DNA from: the human T2T-CHM13v2.0 reference genome, Homo sapiens
Length of the DNA: 64,000 bases
Assembly (NCBI RefSeq): GCF_009914755.1
Contig: NC_060926.1
Reading direction: 5' to 3' (one strand)
Shown here: piece after piece, positions 42,741 to 56,969 of the stretch
Layout of the letters: every line of letters begins with the position of its first letter
How positions within the stretch are numbered: the first letter of the stretch is position 1
Notes under the pieces: model-generated
What the model was told of the DNA's origin: nothing
The model's input: only the letters and a program-made list of their open reading frames with translations
Database searches by the model: none
Position numbers and translations under genes: made by a program

Positions 42741-43579
42741 AGACTATCAGAGTAATGTATGTATTAAGTTGTTTTTTCCTCTAGCTGTAACATCCTACAT
42801 CAATTAATATTATTATCTAATTGCGAAGGAAAAATCATTCCCCAAATCCTTGGGATGAGGCAGTAGGATGAGGCAATATGTCAACAAATGAAAGAGTGTA
42901 AATTCATTATGCAATTGGTAAGGAGAGACACTAAGGGAGAGTGAAGAATGGCAGAAATCAGAAAAAAAATTATAGTCAGGTAAAGCAGCTTTTAAAGAAT
43001 AAGATGAGCTGGCCATGGCATAGGTATATTAATAATGTATATTAAAGAATCAAAAATATTTCTGATTGCAAATTTCTACTATTGGCATGTATAATTGAGT
43101 CATACCATACTTGTTTTTGAAATTTGAAAGAATTTGTGGATGCAGTCTTAAGGATAATATTTAAGATCTAATGGATAAATTAAGTATAGACCCAAAGCTC
43201 TAGATTTGCCATAATTTTCACAAAATAAGAATACGTTAATTCTAGAAACTGGGATTGGTATGCCTAATTAAGATGCCTAGCAATATTCATCAACAGATTT
43301 TTAAACAGCATGTATGTGAGTCCTCAGGGGAAAAACTCACTGGTATCCAACCTGGGCTTTCTTTACAATGAAAAGAAAAGGAAATAAATAAATTTAGTTA
43401 AAATTGATTTCTCTTTATAAAGTGGACTTTTAAAACATTGAATCATGCTATGCTTATTGAATATCATGGCAAAAATCATTGAATAAAATGTTGGGTCAGA
43501 TTCTTGGTTCATTTCTCTTTAACAATCTGAGATAGCAATTCTAATACAGTTCCACAATTTATCACATTCCCTTGAATCA

Positions 43580-43832
<253 letters not shown>

Positions 43833-44512
43833 TCACCCAAATCCCTGCCCTCATGGGAATTACATCACTCCAGTACTGGTTCTGCTGCTTCCCAGCTCTA
43901 CCAGGGGTTCCCACAGCCTTTGTTGCTAGTCACTTCCTGTGACACAGTGGTCTTGATAGGACACTGCACTTGGGCACCAATAGAAAGGTAAGCAGGGAGG
44001 TAGATAAATTTCCACTGAATTCCCTGTTCATTTAAATTTTTACCATTACTGTAGAGAGGCTTGTAAGGCTTGACAGAAGGGCTGGCTCAGTTGAAGAAAA
44101 TTAGTGTGTGGGATAGGATAAAAACTTTAGAAAAGTACATTAATTATTACTTACGCCCAAGGTGAAATGAAAAGCACCCAAGAATTTAAATTCTACCTAG
44201 GAGCCCCTCATTGATTTCTTTGCTTATCTGCCCTGCTCCCTTGCCTGAATTTACTCATATGTCTTTATGTACGAACACAAAAAGCTCTCCCTTCCTCTGG
44301 GTGATCCTTGACATGGGCTTTACGAAGTAGAGCAAGAACTGAATTCCACCCTGCTTGTCCCTCCACCTGGTGCCTTTGTGTATGGCACAACCTGCTCTAC
44401 TCTAGCATACAGCCTTGCCTTTCCTCCAACAGGGCTCATTTCCAAACATGAGTTATACACACTGGACTAGAGCTCCAGAGTTCCTTCAAGACAGTCCATG
44501 CAACTGTCCGGG

Positions 44513-44638
44513 CAGTTCTAGAGATCTGCTCCACAATGACGGGCACATAATTAATACTACAGTACTGAACACTTAACAATTATTGAGATGATATATTTAA
44601 CATTATGTGTTGTTTAACCACAACTTTAAAAAAAAAAA
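44513..44638 (+). mobile_element. L1MA/MB 3' terminal fragment
   Basis: GTTCTAGAGATCTGCT...GTACTGAACACTTAA...ACCACAA followed by poly-A. Confidence 0.7.
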
Positions 44639-45215
44639 GCTGTATAGGGCAAGTGTGGAGTCAAGGAGGTTGCTTCCCACTGGAGAATTGCAGTCATGCT
44701 ATTTATTTTCTCAGTTTGTCTTCCTGATCTCAATTCTATTAGACATGTACTGACTTCTCAGTGATAAAATATGGCTATCATAGATTATGCTGGCTCAACC
44801 TAAGAAGAAAGAGCAATAACTTTCTAACTACCGCTTTCCTATCAATGTACAGGCAAATGTGCATTCCATGTGTGTCTCAATGCCCAATCTTTCACCCAGC
44901 TGAACTTCAAACCATCACTGTTAGGGGCCTAATTACATTCTTAGATTTTGACTATCAATCATCTTCAAGGATATCTGTGTAGGGCACTGGGGGTAAGGTG
45001 GAGAGAAAGCTTTCATTTATCCAGTCATGACAGGATGACATCTGAATTGTGATAGATAAGAAACTCCTTGAATTCTTTATTAATCTGTCCACTTTTGAAA
45101 CATTAATTACAGCTCTGTTTTTTGTATAAATTATAAAGGATGTTAATCAACTAGCATGGCATGCATTCTTAGAAGGGCAAGTGTTTAGGGAAAGATCCTA
45201 AAAACCACAGAGAAG

Positions 45216-45775
<560 letters not shown>

Positions 45776-45799
45776 CTTTCAGATTTAAGATGACAAAAG

Positions 45800-47535
45800 C
45801 AACAAAAAGGAAACCAAACTCCAACTATGATGAAATCAGGGGACATCTATAGTCTCAAACCACAGTATACATATAAGGGTAAGCAATGGATGCAGAAACA
45901 GCAAATGACTTCACAGTGTGGGAACACTGATGAGAAGCTACATCTCTCCCACAAAACCTGAGAAAGGCTTAGGAATTAAATTCATCAATTAGAGGAAATG
46001 CTTGGAGGGAGGGGACTAAATATGAAACTTGGTAAAAAGAAATATATGTATAAATATGGAGCCATTGGACCGTCAGGACCCATTGCTAACCCACTGAATG
46101 CCCAGAAAAGTGAGTGACCCACATCAATATATACTAGGATAGATACGTCTAATATCAAGCATAAGTAGAAGATCCTGAGATAGAGACCAGGTTACCTAAA
46201 AAAGCTCTAGAGTAAGAATTACATCCAACGTATCAATGCTGACAAAGTGCAATCACGATTTCAAAATTTGGACCAAAAATAAATTTCATCATTGAATTTT
46301 ATATACAGCCAGTTAATCGACTATAAGGATTGAAAAAAAAAAGGCATTTTCAGACAATATCTTCCCCCTGTTAGGAAGCCACAGGGATATGCTCCACCTA
46401 GATGACGTAGTGAACTAATTAAGAACAAAATTGGGTGTACAGGGCCAGGGTGGAGTTGTGGGAGAGGGCAGGATGGGAACACTCAGATGACAGCAAAAGG
46501 AAGACTTTTAAAAATTTTTTTGCCAATACACCAACAATTTATTTTAATTTTATTTTATGTCATTGATTTATTATTTATTTATTTTCCTTCAACTTTTAAG
46601 TTCAGGGGTACACATCCAGATGTGCCGGTTTGTTACATAGGTAAACATGTGCCACGGTGGTTTGCTGCACAGATCATTCCAGCACCTCAGTGTTGCATCC
46701 ATGCCTGGCATCCATTAGCTATGTAAGCTATGTAAGCCCAGCATCCATTAGCTATTCTTCCTGATGGTCTCCCTTCCCCCACACTCCCCTCCAACAAGCC
46801 CCATTGTTTGTTGTCCATGTGTTCTCATCGTTCAGCTCCCACTGATAAGTGACAACATGTGATGTTTGGTTTTCTGTTCCTGCATTAGTTTGCTGAGGTT
46901 AATGGTAGTCTTAAGGCTGAAGGGATATGGCAGCCCTAGGGAACGGCAGTTCACAGTGAACTCTGGTGGTCAGGGAGCTCCAGGAGGGGTGTCCTGGGAA
47001 TACACAAACATAGGATATTCTGGTATTTTATGAGAATTTTACACAGCCGTTGAAGAGTGTAGGAAGACTTAGCCAATAGTTGCAAGAAAATCAAATTTTA
47101 ACAGGAGGTACCAATTGACTGCAGGGAAAAAAATAAGATGTACAAGAAAAAATGTAGTCATGTTACTTGTATCAGAAACAAACAAAAAACATTGACAAAG
47201 GCATGAAGACACTGAAAGTGGTTGGAAAAATAATTGTGCTTTAATGTTGGAAGGAAAAAAGGTGCTGAAATTTTCATCATTGTAATAAGAAGTCATAGGG
47301 GACATCTAAGATTGAATAATTAAGGGATATAGTATATACATAGGACATAGCAAATATAAATATGAATACCAGAAGAAACAATTTTAATAAATGAAAGCCA
47401 TTTCTATTTGTGTATGAGCCCTGGAGAAGGAAAGAGAATTATACAAGAGACTGCTGTTTTTGGTGTAAGACTTTTGGCACTATTTAAATTTTTAAATTTT
47501 TAACTATGTAAGTATCTTATTTTGATAAAAGTAAA
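45800..47535 (+). mobile_element. HAL1-like element interrupted by an L1PA fragment
   Basis: The 3' end GACTGCTGTTTTTGGTGTAAGACTTTTGGCACTATTT...AACTATGT...TTTGATAAAA resembles HAL1. Confidence 0.55.
46540..46905 (-). mobile_element. L1PA10-13-like 3' end
   Basis: AACTTTTAAGTTCAGGGGTACA...GTTTGTTACATAGGTAAACATGTGCCA...GTTTGCTGCACAGATCA. Confidence 0.9.
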
Positions 47536-49219
47536 CATTCATTGGATGGAAAGAAACTCCACAGGCTACCTTGGAAATAAGTCAGCTTCCTGATTTAGAA
47601 AGATTCATGCAGAAGTTTCCTTCCATCACTTTTTCTCAGTTTTGTTAGGTGTCCTTCGACTTTTAATCACTGTGAAGAAATAGCGAAAGGCATGACTTTT
47701 GGTACTGTCTTCTCCAGTCAACCTGAGGCACTGTGGGATTGCTAAAGGAAGTGTGGTTCAGGCTGCATGAAAGCAGTCTGGGTATGCTAGGCCAGGGAGG
47801 AGGCAGCCACAGCAGCGGCCAAGAGAAGCCACTGGAGGGATTCCTAGGTGGCTGGAGCTTGACCCGATCATTCCTAAGATTCCATTGTCCTGAGCCATCT
47901 AAACAGCAGTGTCTGCTATTCTATAATGACTCTGATTCCAGAACTGAACTGACCACCACTGGTCACATGGTAGGAAAAAATTAGGTGTAAATGTGGTCAA
48001 AATATAACAGAAAGTGAGGGGCAGAAAAACAGTTGAAGTGTCAGAATTAGTGATAAGGTGGGTATCTAGGGATAGCAGGCCAGGGGGTAGGGCCAACGTC
48101 AGAGACTGTATGGGACATAGTTGTGTCAAAGCATGGAGAGAGTGAATGCTGCTTCATGGACTTAAAAGTGGAACCTACCTTTCACTCTGTAATATGTGCC
48201 ACTGGGGGACCTAAGTCAGCAGAGTCGTTATCATTTTTGTAGAGCCTTGAAGTCCCAGATAGTTAGGTGTATCCCTGTTAGGTGGATAGCTCTCCCAGGA
48301 CTGAGATTTCCTGCAACCTCTTGAAGACCATATGGCTTTAGAACTTCTGGATAAACTCTTGGGTCAGGTTTGATCTTTGGGGAATGCTTTTGTTTACATA
48401 AAAGGGAAAAGAAAAAAGTCAGCAGATGTGATAACTTCCTATAGTAATAGTGTTTCCCTTGCAGGCAACTACATACTCTGATTTCCTCTTTGATACGACT
48501 TTTATTACTTCTCAAATGAAGTTAACAAGTACGTTTATGAGATATCTGGCCTAGCTTCATAAAAGAATTTTCTCTTTTCTTAAAAATAAAAACTAACAGA
48601 GATTGGAATGATCATATTCAGTATATTGTGAGCATATGAGAGACTTATAATATGCTTAGCATAAAATTTGACACTATTAATAAATTAATTATTGATGAAA
48701 TTGGTTCATTAGTTCTAAAAATTTTATTTCCTCTGACTCAGGTAATAAACAGAAATAAAAATGATCTGCTCCCCACTTTATTCCACTTTAGAATTCTTGC
48801 CACATTTATTCATTAGTTTGAGAGGTCATGTAATTCCGGCTGTGCCTTAAAGATGAAGCCTCCAGAAATGAATTTTATCTAAAAATTAGACCTCACTTGA
48901 ACAGAAGACATATCTCTTTCCCTTTGGATTACCCTTGTTGTCTTCTTTGTTGGTTTATAAAAAATAGATTAAGACCGTATATACACATCGAAAGAGTAGC
49001 CATCATATTTATTTTATTGCAAGTAAATATGCTGATGTATAGCAAAGATTTTTATCTACAATGCCTGATGCTTTCAATAGGAGAGTTGGTAAATGTACAG
49101 CAAATATTTAAGGCACCTTTTTCCCACTTGTTTTTTTTTTTTTGTGGTGGTGGTGGTGATTGTTGTTTGACCTGTTTTAATAAGGACAGTTAAATACCTG
49201 TGATTAAATAGTTGTTTGA

Positions 49220-51196
49220 TTTTTTTCATTCAATTTTTATTTCTGATACAGGGGGTACATGTACAGGTTTGTTACATGGGTATATTGCTTCCAGGTAGTG
49301 AGCATGGTATGCAATAAGTAGTTTTTCAACTCATCCTTCCTCCCGCCCTTCCTCCTCGCTCTAGTCGTTTACAGCATCTATTGCTGCCATGTTTATGTTT
49401 ATATGTGCTTAGTGTTTAGCTCCCCCTTATAAGTGAGAACATGCAGTATTTGGTTAATTCACTTAAGATTATGTTAATTCACTGTCCCTGTGTTAATTCC
49501 CTTAGGATTATGGCCTCCAGCTCTATACATGTTGCTTGAAGGACAGGATTTCATTGTTTTTATGACTATATAATATTCATGGTGTGTATGTACCACATTT
49601 TCTTTATCCAATCCACCATTAATGGACACCTAGGTTGATTCCATGATGTTGCTGTTGTGAACAGTGCAGTGATGAACATATGCATGTGCGTGTCTTTTTG
49701 GTACAATGATTTATTTTCCTTTCAGTATATAACCAGTAATGGGGTTGCTCTATTTTACATTATTTGGGAAATCTCCAAACTGCTTTCTACAGTGGCTGAA
49801 CTAATTGATATTCCCACCAACAGTGCATAAGCATTCTCTTTTATCCGCAGCCTCACCAGTTTCTGTTGTTTTTTGACTTTTTAATAATAGCCATTCTGAC
49901 TGGTATGAGATGTTATCTCATTATGGTGTTGATTTGCATTTCTACGATGATTAATGATGATGACAATTTTTTAATATGTTTGTTGGCTGCTTGTATGTCT
50001 TCTTTTGAGAAGTATCTGTTCATGTCCTTTGCCCGTTTTAATGCGGTTATTTGTGCTTTGCTTGTTGGTTTAACTTCCTTATGTATTCTGGATACTAGAC
50101 CTTTGTCAGATGCATAGTTTGCAGATATTTTCTCCCATTCTATTAGCTGCCTGTTTACTCTATCTACTGTTTCTTTTGCTGTGCAGAAGCTCTTTAGTTT
50201 AATTAGGCCCCACTTGTCAATTTTTGTTTTTGTTGCAATCACTTTTGGGGACTTAGCCAAAAATTCTTTGCCAAGGCCAATGTTGAGAAGGGTATTTCCT
50301 AGATTTTCTTCTAGAATTTTTATAGTTTGTGATCTTACATTTCAATCTTTAGTCCATCTTAAGTTAATTTTTGTATGTGGTGAAAGGTGAGAGTCCAATT
50401 TCATTCTTTTGCATATGGCTAGCCAGTTATCCCAGCACCATTTATTGAATAAGGGGTCCTTTCCCCATTGCTTGCTTTTGTTGACCTTGAGGAAGATCAG
50501 ATGATTGTAAGTGTGCCATTTTATTTTGGAGTTTTCTATTCTGTTCCATTGGTCAATGTGTCTGTTTTTGTACCAGTACCGTGCTGGTTTGGTTACTATA
50601 GCCTTATAGTATAGTTTGAAGTCAGGTAGTGTAATGCCTCTGGCTTTGTTCTTTTTGCTTAGGATTGCTTAGGCAATTCAGACTCTTTTTTGGTTCCATA
50701 TTACTTAAAAATTTTTTTTTCTAATTCTGTGAAGTATGATATTAGTACTTTGCTAGAAATATCATTGAACCTCTAATTGCTTTAGGCACTATGGTCATTT
50801 TAACAAAATTAATTCTTCCAATCTATAAACATGGAACGCTTTTCATTTATTCGTGTTTTCTCTGAATTCTGTCAGCAGTTTTGTAGTTCTTTTTGTAGGG
50901 AACCTTCACCTTCTTGGTTAGTTGTATTTTCAGGTATTTCATTTTCTTTGTGACTTTGTAAATAGCAGTGTGTTCTTGATTTGACTTTCAGCATGGACAC
51001 CATTGGTATATAGAAATGCTACTTTTTTTGTACATATCCAGGAACCTTGCTAAACCTGTTTATCAGTTCTAATAGCTTTTTCACAGAGTCTTTAGGGTTT
51101 TCTAGATATAGAATCATATCTTCAGGGAAGATAGTTTTATTTCTTTTCCTATTTGGATGCTTTTCTTTCTCTTCCCTATTGCTCTGTCTAGGACTT
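49220..51196 (-). mobile_element. 5'-truncated L1PA15/16-like element (ORF2 3' part and 3'UTR)
   Basis: ORF2 peptides [20 protein letters not shown] and DMILYLENPKDS.KKLLELIN.FSKV.GY. 3'UTR GGGGTACATGTACAGGTTTGTTACATGGGTATATTG. Confidence 0.93.
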
Positions 51197-51488
51197 ATTT
51201 CCCACTTTGTTTTAACACCATACAAAAGCTTAGGGAAGGAAAGGCCAAATGGAATAGTGTACTTATATGTGTTTTATAAAAAGAACATCATGTATAAATT
51301 AATATGGGGTTTAAGAGCCAAAATTTATACTTTAAATTATCATTGGCCCAGAAAAGTATGATTTTTTTTTTTTTTAAATCACATCATGCTTCTTGTTCAG
51401 GCGGAAATCTCAACCATTAAGCTCAGTTCATGTAGTTTGCAGTTTGGTATTTTTTGTATTTTGTGTCTAGAGACTTCTGCTCTGCATA

Positions 51489-51846
51489 TGTCTTAGTCTG
51501 TTTTTTGTTGCTATAACAGAGTATCACAGACTGGGTAATTTATAAAGAAAGTAAATGTATTTCTTACACTTCTTCTGGGAAGTCCAAGATAGAAGATCTG
51601 GCATCTGGTGAGGGCCTTCTTGCTGTGTCATAAAATGGCAGAAGGCATCACATGTTGAGAGAGCAAAAGTATGCTTCTCAGATCAAGTCTCTCTTTCTCT
51701 TCTTACAAGGCCACCAGTCCTAAAATGGGGGCTCCATCCAGATTACCTTATCTAATCCTAATTACCTCCCATTTCCAATCAACATATGAATTTGGAGATT
51801 ATGTTTCCAACACATGAAATGTGGGGGACATATTCAAATCCTAGCA
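51489..51846 (-). mobile_element. MaLR solo LTR (MST/MLT1A-like)
   Basis: TGTCTTAGTCTG...TGCTATAACAGAGTATCACAGACTGGGTAATTTATAAAG...GGGGACATATTCAAATCCTAGCA, with TG...CA termini. Confidence 0.88.
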
Positions 51847-52854
51847 GCCTGTACGCTTCATATCATTGCCAGACCTACTTTGCCTTACTGTTTATAAATT
51901 GCTTGCAGATAGAAATGGTATTATCTATGCACAAACACACACATACTTATCCCTGAATATCATCTAATAAAATCACTTTCTTTGTAATTGGTACTAAATA
52001 ATTTGGACTGCTATCAAAACCTTTTAATATAGCAGCTCTTCTACTGAATATGTTCGAATTTGGTTCTCAAATCAGAGGAAGTCCTCATTATTAGAAAAGT
52101 GTACTGCCACCATTGTGCATTATGGTTTTCAATTTAATAAATTTGAATGAAAATCTGAAACAATAGCAATGTTTTTGAAAATGTATTATGTAATACAGTG
52201 GAAAATGTTTTCTGTTTTTACAATAATAGAATAAATACCGTGCAGATGGGCTTGAATTTAAATAAGAACAAAGAAATAAGAAAAAAAATGAAGCGTGTTT
52301 ATAATATTTCTCAATATTTTACTTTTCAAATGAACTTTCTGCAGCAGAATTACACTTGAATTTGATTCAATTTTCTAAAAACTGAATTACATAAATATTT
52401 GGAAGGAGCATGTGTCACCACTGATTCATTCATTCAGCTTACATTTTTTGAACACCCACTGTGGTTCACGCTCTTTGTAAGGCTGGGGACATATAATGAT
52501 GAGCAACATAGGCATGGGCTCATCATCAATAAGCAGGCAGAACATATTTAACGTATTTCATATTTGTTTTATTAAGCCAAATATGAAAATGGGCCAGCCA
52601 AAAGTGTGAGGGGGTGAAATGGGCTTAATTGTATTGTCTGATGTGGCAGCCTTGGTTGGATTTGTTTTGTTGGAGGAAAAGAATCTAAGGAAGGGATGAA
52701 CTTGCTCACAGAAATGTACGTTCAGTTAACATGAACAGGTGATTAGAGGAAGTGTTAACCTGGGGTCTAGAGTGGTTAGCAATTACTTTAGTAATATATA
52801 ATGCTTCTGACAGATCTCACAGGATCTCTGATATCGGAGATTATCTAACCCAAC

Positions 52855-53125
52855 TCCTGAAGTCTTTCCTGACCACCTGTTTAAAAGAGCCCTCCTCTCT
52901 TCTATTCTGTCTCACAGTACACTTTTTCCTTTATCTCACTGGTTCAGATTTGTGTAACTTATTTATTACAGTTTACTTCTTTAATGTTTTTGCCCCCACC
53001 ACTAGACGGAATTGCTACAAGGACATGAACTATGTCTGTTTTGTTCACCTGAGTAGAGTCATTGCCTGTGTCCTAATTGGTCCACAGGCAAAGTAGGTGA
53101 TCAATAAATATTTATTAATGACTGC
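52855..53125 (+). mobile_element. L2 3' end
   Basis: TCTTTCCTGACCACC...GTCTGTTTTGTTCACC...GTAGGTGATCAATAAATATTTATTAATGA. Confidence 0.75.
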
Positions 53126-54840
53126 AAAATCAGTTTCTAAATGTAAACATCCAGGTTGTGACAGATCATGATTATGTAGTTGAGAGTTGTGTTATTTTGG
53201 ATTGCTATGCTGTGTTTTACTTTAGGATCTTTAGCATTTCTACAAAAGTGAACCACCTTTTTATTTTTATTTTGAAGGAGATTATATTTCATATAAAGCA
53301 AAATGAAGGTAAGTAAATATGGTGAAATAAGAAAGCGAAAGAGTAAGAGAAAATATTGCAAGATTTATAAAAATACTTTATTTTTTTAAGTTTTGCTTTA
53401 GTATTTCCATAAGAAAAGTTTTCTGCCTAAGAAACAAGCAGTTAGGTGAGTGTCTTTCCTACCCCCTATAGACCTGCGTAGTTCATCTCACTACTCCTGC
53501 ACAAGTCCTATTGGTCCTGGAGAAAATGGATGGCTTTAGAGAAAAATTAAAAGGTTTAGACCAGGGATCTCTAAAAAATCTACTATTTTCTTTGGCAATA
53601 CTTTCTCATTTGTGAAGAGGAACTTTTCAGTTGCATTGTTTATGAAGAGGCATTTCCAAATGTAAATTGCTTTTCCCTACTGGTATCAGTGTAGCTATTG
53701 GGAGTTAAAACATGCTTGATACATGTTAGGATGTTAATATCTTACTCTTTCTTTGAACTCAGAAGACAGCTATGCCACTCATCAACCGACTACCTCTTCA
53801 TGAGCTACATCTGCATATACTCTGGTTCTATGCAGAAGTCTAGGCCTGTTTATAACAGGAAGATCTTGGATGGATTAAAGGCAGAATCCCCATGTAGCTT
53901 TCAGATCAGTCATAATAGAATCTTAAGCATAATCGAATCAGTAAGCATTCTGAAACATGAGCTCTACCTTATAGATTAGGGAACTGAGTCTTGCTGATCA
54001 TACATATGGTACTTTCTGTCCAGGAAATGAATATATGTGAGTTCTAGCATTTCTCCCCACCCCCCGCTCTAATGGTTCGATTTTTAGAACTGATCTTTTG
54101 ATTCATTTTCCCTGCATCTTTTCTATTAGTGCTGAAGTTTGTCTCTATACTAATTCCTAAGGGAATGAGGCCTGAAGGCCAGTTGCATTCCTGCCTGTGT
54201 CTTTTCCTGCCTGGATGAGAAAACTTGAATCCTGCCTCTAGATCCCTCAGCTACTGCCTTGGTCTTGCGTCTGATGCACATATTGCTCTGACTCATCATG
54301 ACTTCAGCACCAACTGTTTTGTCTACAGTATCAGCAGTCTGGAATTCCTCAACCACCATCTCAGTTCTGGACTGCCTCGTTGGATGTTACTGATGTTGAC
54401 ACTTGAGAAGCTGGTTTCACCAGCCAAATGTGGAGCATCATAGTGCCTAATAGCTTCTGGTGGCCTTAACTTCCTTCTCCAGTTGGTTTCCTTCAGGTTT
54501 TTTTCCATTTTCTTCTTTTGGCTCTGGGTTTGGTCTAGTATGCTTGTTCATATTGTGACAAGTGACACCTTTGGGAAAAAAACAATACAAAACAAAACAA
54601 AGAAACTGCAAGAAGTTCCCTACAAGAAGACCCCAAAATGCGTGTTAGGGTTTGATGCTCTGTGCATTCCAGGAGATGTGTTCATTTAATTTTTGCTTTA
54701 GTTGGTGGTTTCTCTAGGAACCTTCATGAACAACAGGAGGATGGTCTGCTGTTCTCAGATAATAAAGGGATTGAGTGGACTCAGTATTAGCCACTCAAGA
54801 TGTTCATGTTCAATGCTAGCGCCACTTTAAAGAAATAATG

Positions 54841-55170
<330 letters not shown>

Positions 55171-55564
55171 TTATGACTTAGAGGCTTGTCTGCAGCACAT
55201 CAGCACGTCTACTCTGCGGTACTCCCTGGTCTTTACCCTGCTCTTGACTTTCTGCCTTTCTCCTGCAAGTAGCATACTACTTGTAGCATGTCACAGCAAG
55301 TAGGAGCTGTAGAAAAGCCTTGGTCCAGCACTCTCATTGCATATGTTTTATATTTTGTAGAATTTAGGTCCATAGAGGGAGCTACATAAGCTTTCATTGT
55401 AATTAAGTTTGTGATTTCAATTCCATGATGATATATGTCTTTCAGATTAAGCTTACCAAAATACTCATTCTACCTGAGTTTATATCATGAAACAGAACAT
55501 CTCTGTCTAAATTGTTAAAATCTATTTGATATTTAAACATAAAATAAAAGATGATCAGGCCCAG

Positions 55565-55740
55565 ATGGTATGGTAGAGAAACTCATATCTGGCTACAAAC
55601 CCTGGCTGCGCTACTGACTTCTATGTGACTTTAAGCAAGAATTCATTGAATGTTACTTCCCCTCTTTGACATAGGTTAATACCATTGTTCAAGACAGTTG
55701 TGCAAATTGAGAGAAAGCATAGTAAGTGCCTATCAAAAAA
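55565..55740 (+). mobile_element. MIR
   Basis: CTGGCTACAAACCCTGGCTGCGCTACTGACTTCTATGTGACTTTAAGCAAG. Confidence 0.6.
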
Positions 55741-56628
55741 TCCATCACAAAGCACATGCTCCAAGAGTGTTCTTTGCTTACTGGAGAAGGGACACTGTTG
55801 AATATTCACTTACATCTTTCTAACATTCAAATCTTAATGATAAAGGGATAACATAAAGCTTGGCTTTGGGTAAGTTCTGAGAGTTTTTTTGGATCTCATA
55901 ACTATACTCATTCAAGGATCAATAAAATCTAATCATGTCCTTACTATAAAAGACTGTCTCTTGTCATTTCCTGTCCTCTTTTTCCATCCTTCTTCACATT
56001 TTTATTTCTTTCTAAATTGTCAGTGCATGCACCTTAAAACCTTGAAGATGCTCCCCAGTTCCTTTCTACAAAAACTTTACCACCCATAGATTTTTTCCAT
56101 AGATCATTTATAATCCCTCTTTCTCCTGCTGCCTGCCTCCAGCATCTGTTCTATGAGTCCAGGAGGAAGTAATTGAAACACAGTGAGTGAATGATGAGAG
56201 TCCACTGATCTTACTAAGGAAATGCATGTGAATCCGGCTGTCTGGGCATTTGTCCCTCTGCCAGGTGACCTTAGGTCTGCAGATGTCCAAATACAGGGTG
56301 TGAGATTGAGCTAATTTGGATTTAGGCACATCGGCCATATAAAATTTAGCCAGCAGTTTGCAATTCACCAGGCATAGCCTTTTTCTAAATCTGTTTTCAT
56401 TTCTAGAAGACAAATTTTAACCTTTGACACTAGATTGGTGTAATCCTAGTTATTAGAAAACACTGAAATGGACTTCTGTTGAATTTCATGTTCACATCTA
56501 CACAGCTTTCTTTTGGTCCATCAGTCAATAGATAGATAGAGATATGAATGTATGTGTATATATAATATATATGTTATATTTCATTTGTACTATTATAGTT
56601 TGTGTTTTAAGTAGTTTGTGGTTTAATG

Positions 56629-56969
56629 CAGAAGTCCCCAACCCCGGGGTCATGGACCAGTACCTGTCCGTGGCCTGTTAGGAGCCCACAGCAGGAGGTG
56701 AGTGGTGGGCAAGTGAGCGTTACCACCTGAGCTCCGCCTCCTGTCAGAGCAGTGGGGGCATTAGATTCTCATACCAGCACGAACCCTATTGTGATTTGCA
56801 CATGTGAAGGATCTAGGTTGCATGCTCCTTATAATAACAAATGCCTGATGATCTGAGGTGGAGCAGTTTCATCCTGAAACCATCCCTCCTCCCTCCGACA
56901 CATTCCCCCGGTGGAAAAATTGTTGTCCATGAAACTGGTCCCTGGTGCCAGAAAGGTTAGGGACCGCTG
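56629..56969 (+). mobile_element. MER1B hAT-Charlie MITE
   Basis: CAGAAGTCCCCAACCCC...GGCCTGTTAGG...CATTAGATTCTCATA...GGTTAGGGACCGCTG. 8-bp TSD GTTTAATG (56621-56628) and GTGTAATG (56970-56977). Confidence 0.92.

Noticed and set aside
46501-46914. Possible tiny 3' transduction (about 20 nt plus A7) at the L1PA tail
   Set aside because: The candidate TSD AAGACTT/TAGTCTT is too short and diverged to support it.
54330-54410. Acceptor-like TTTTGTCTACAG followed by YQQSGIPQPPSQFWTASLDVTDVDT-stop
   Set aside because: Peptide not recognised and no other supporting exon.
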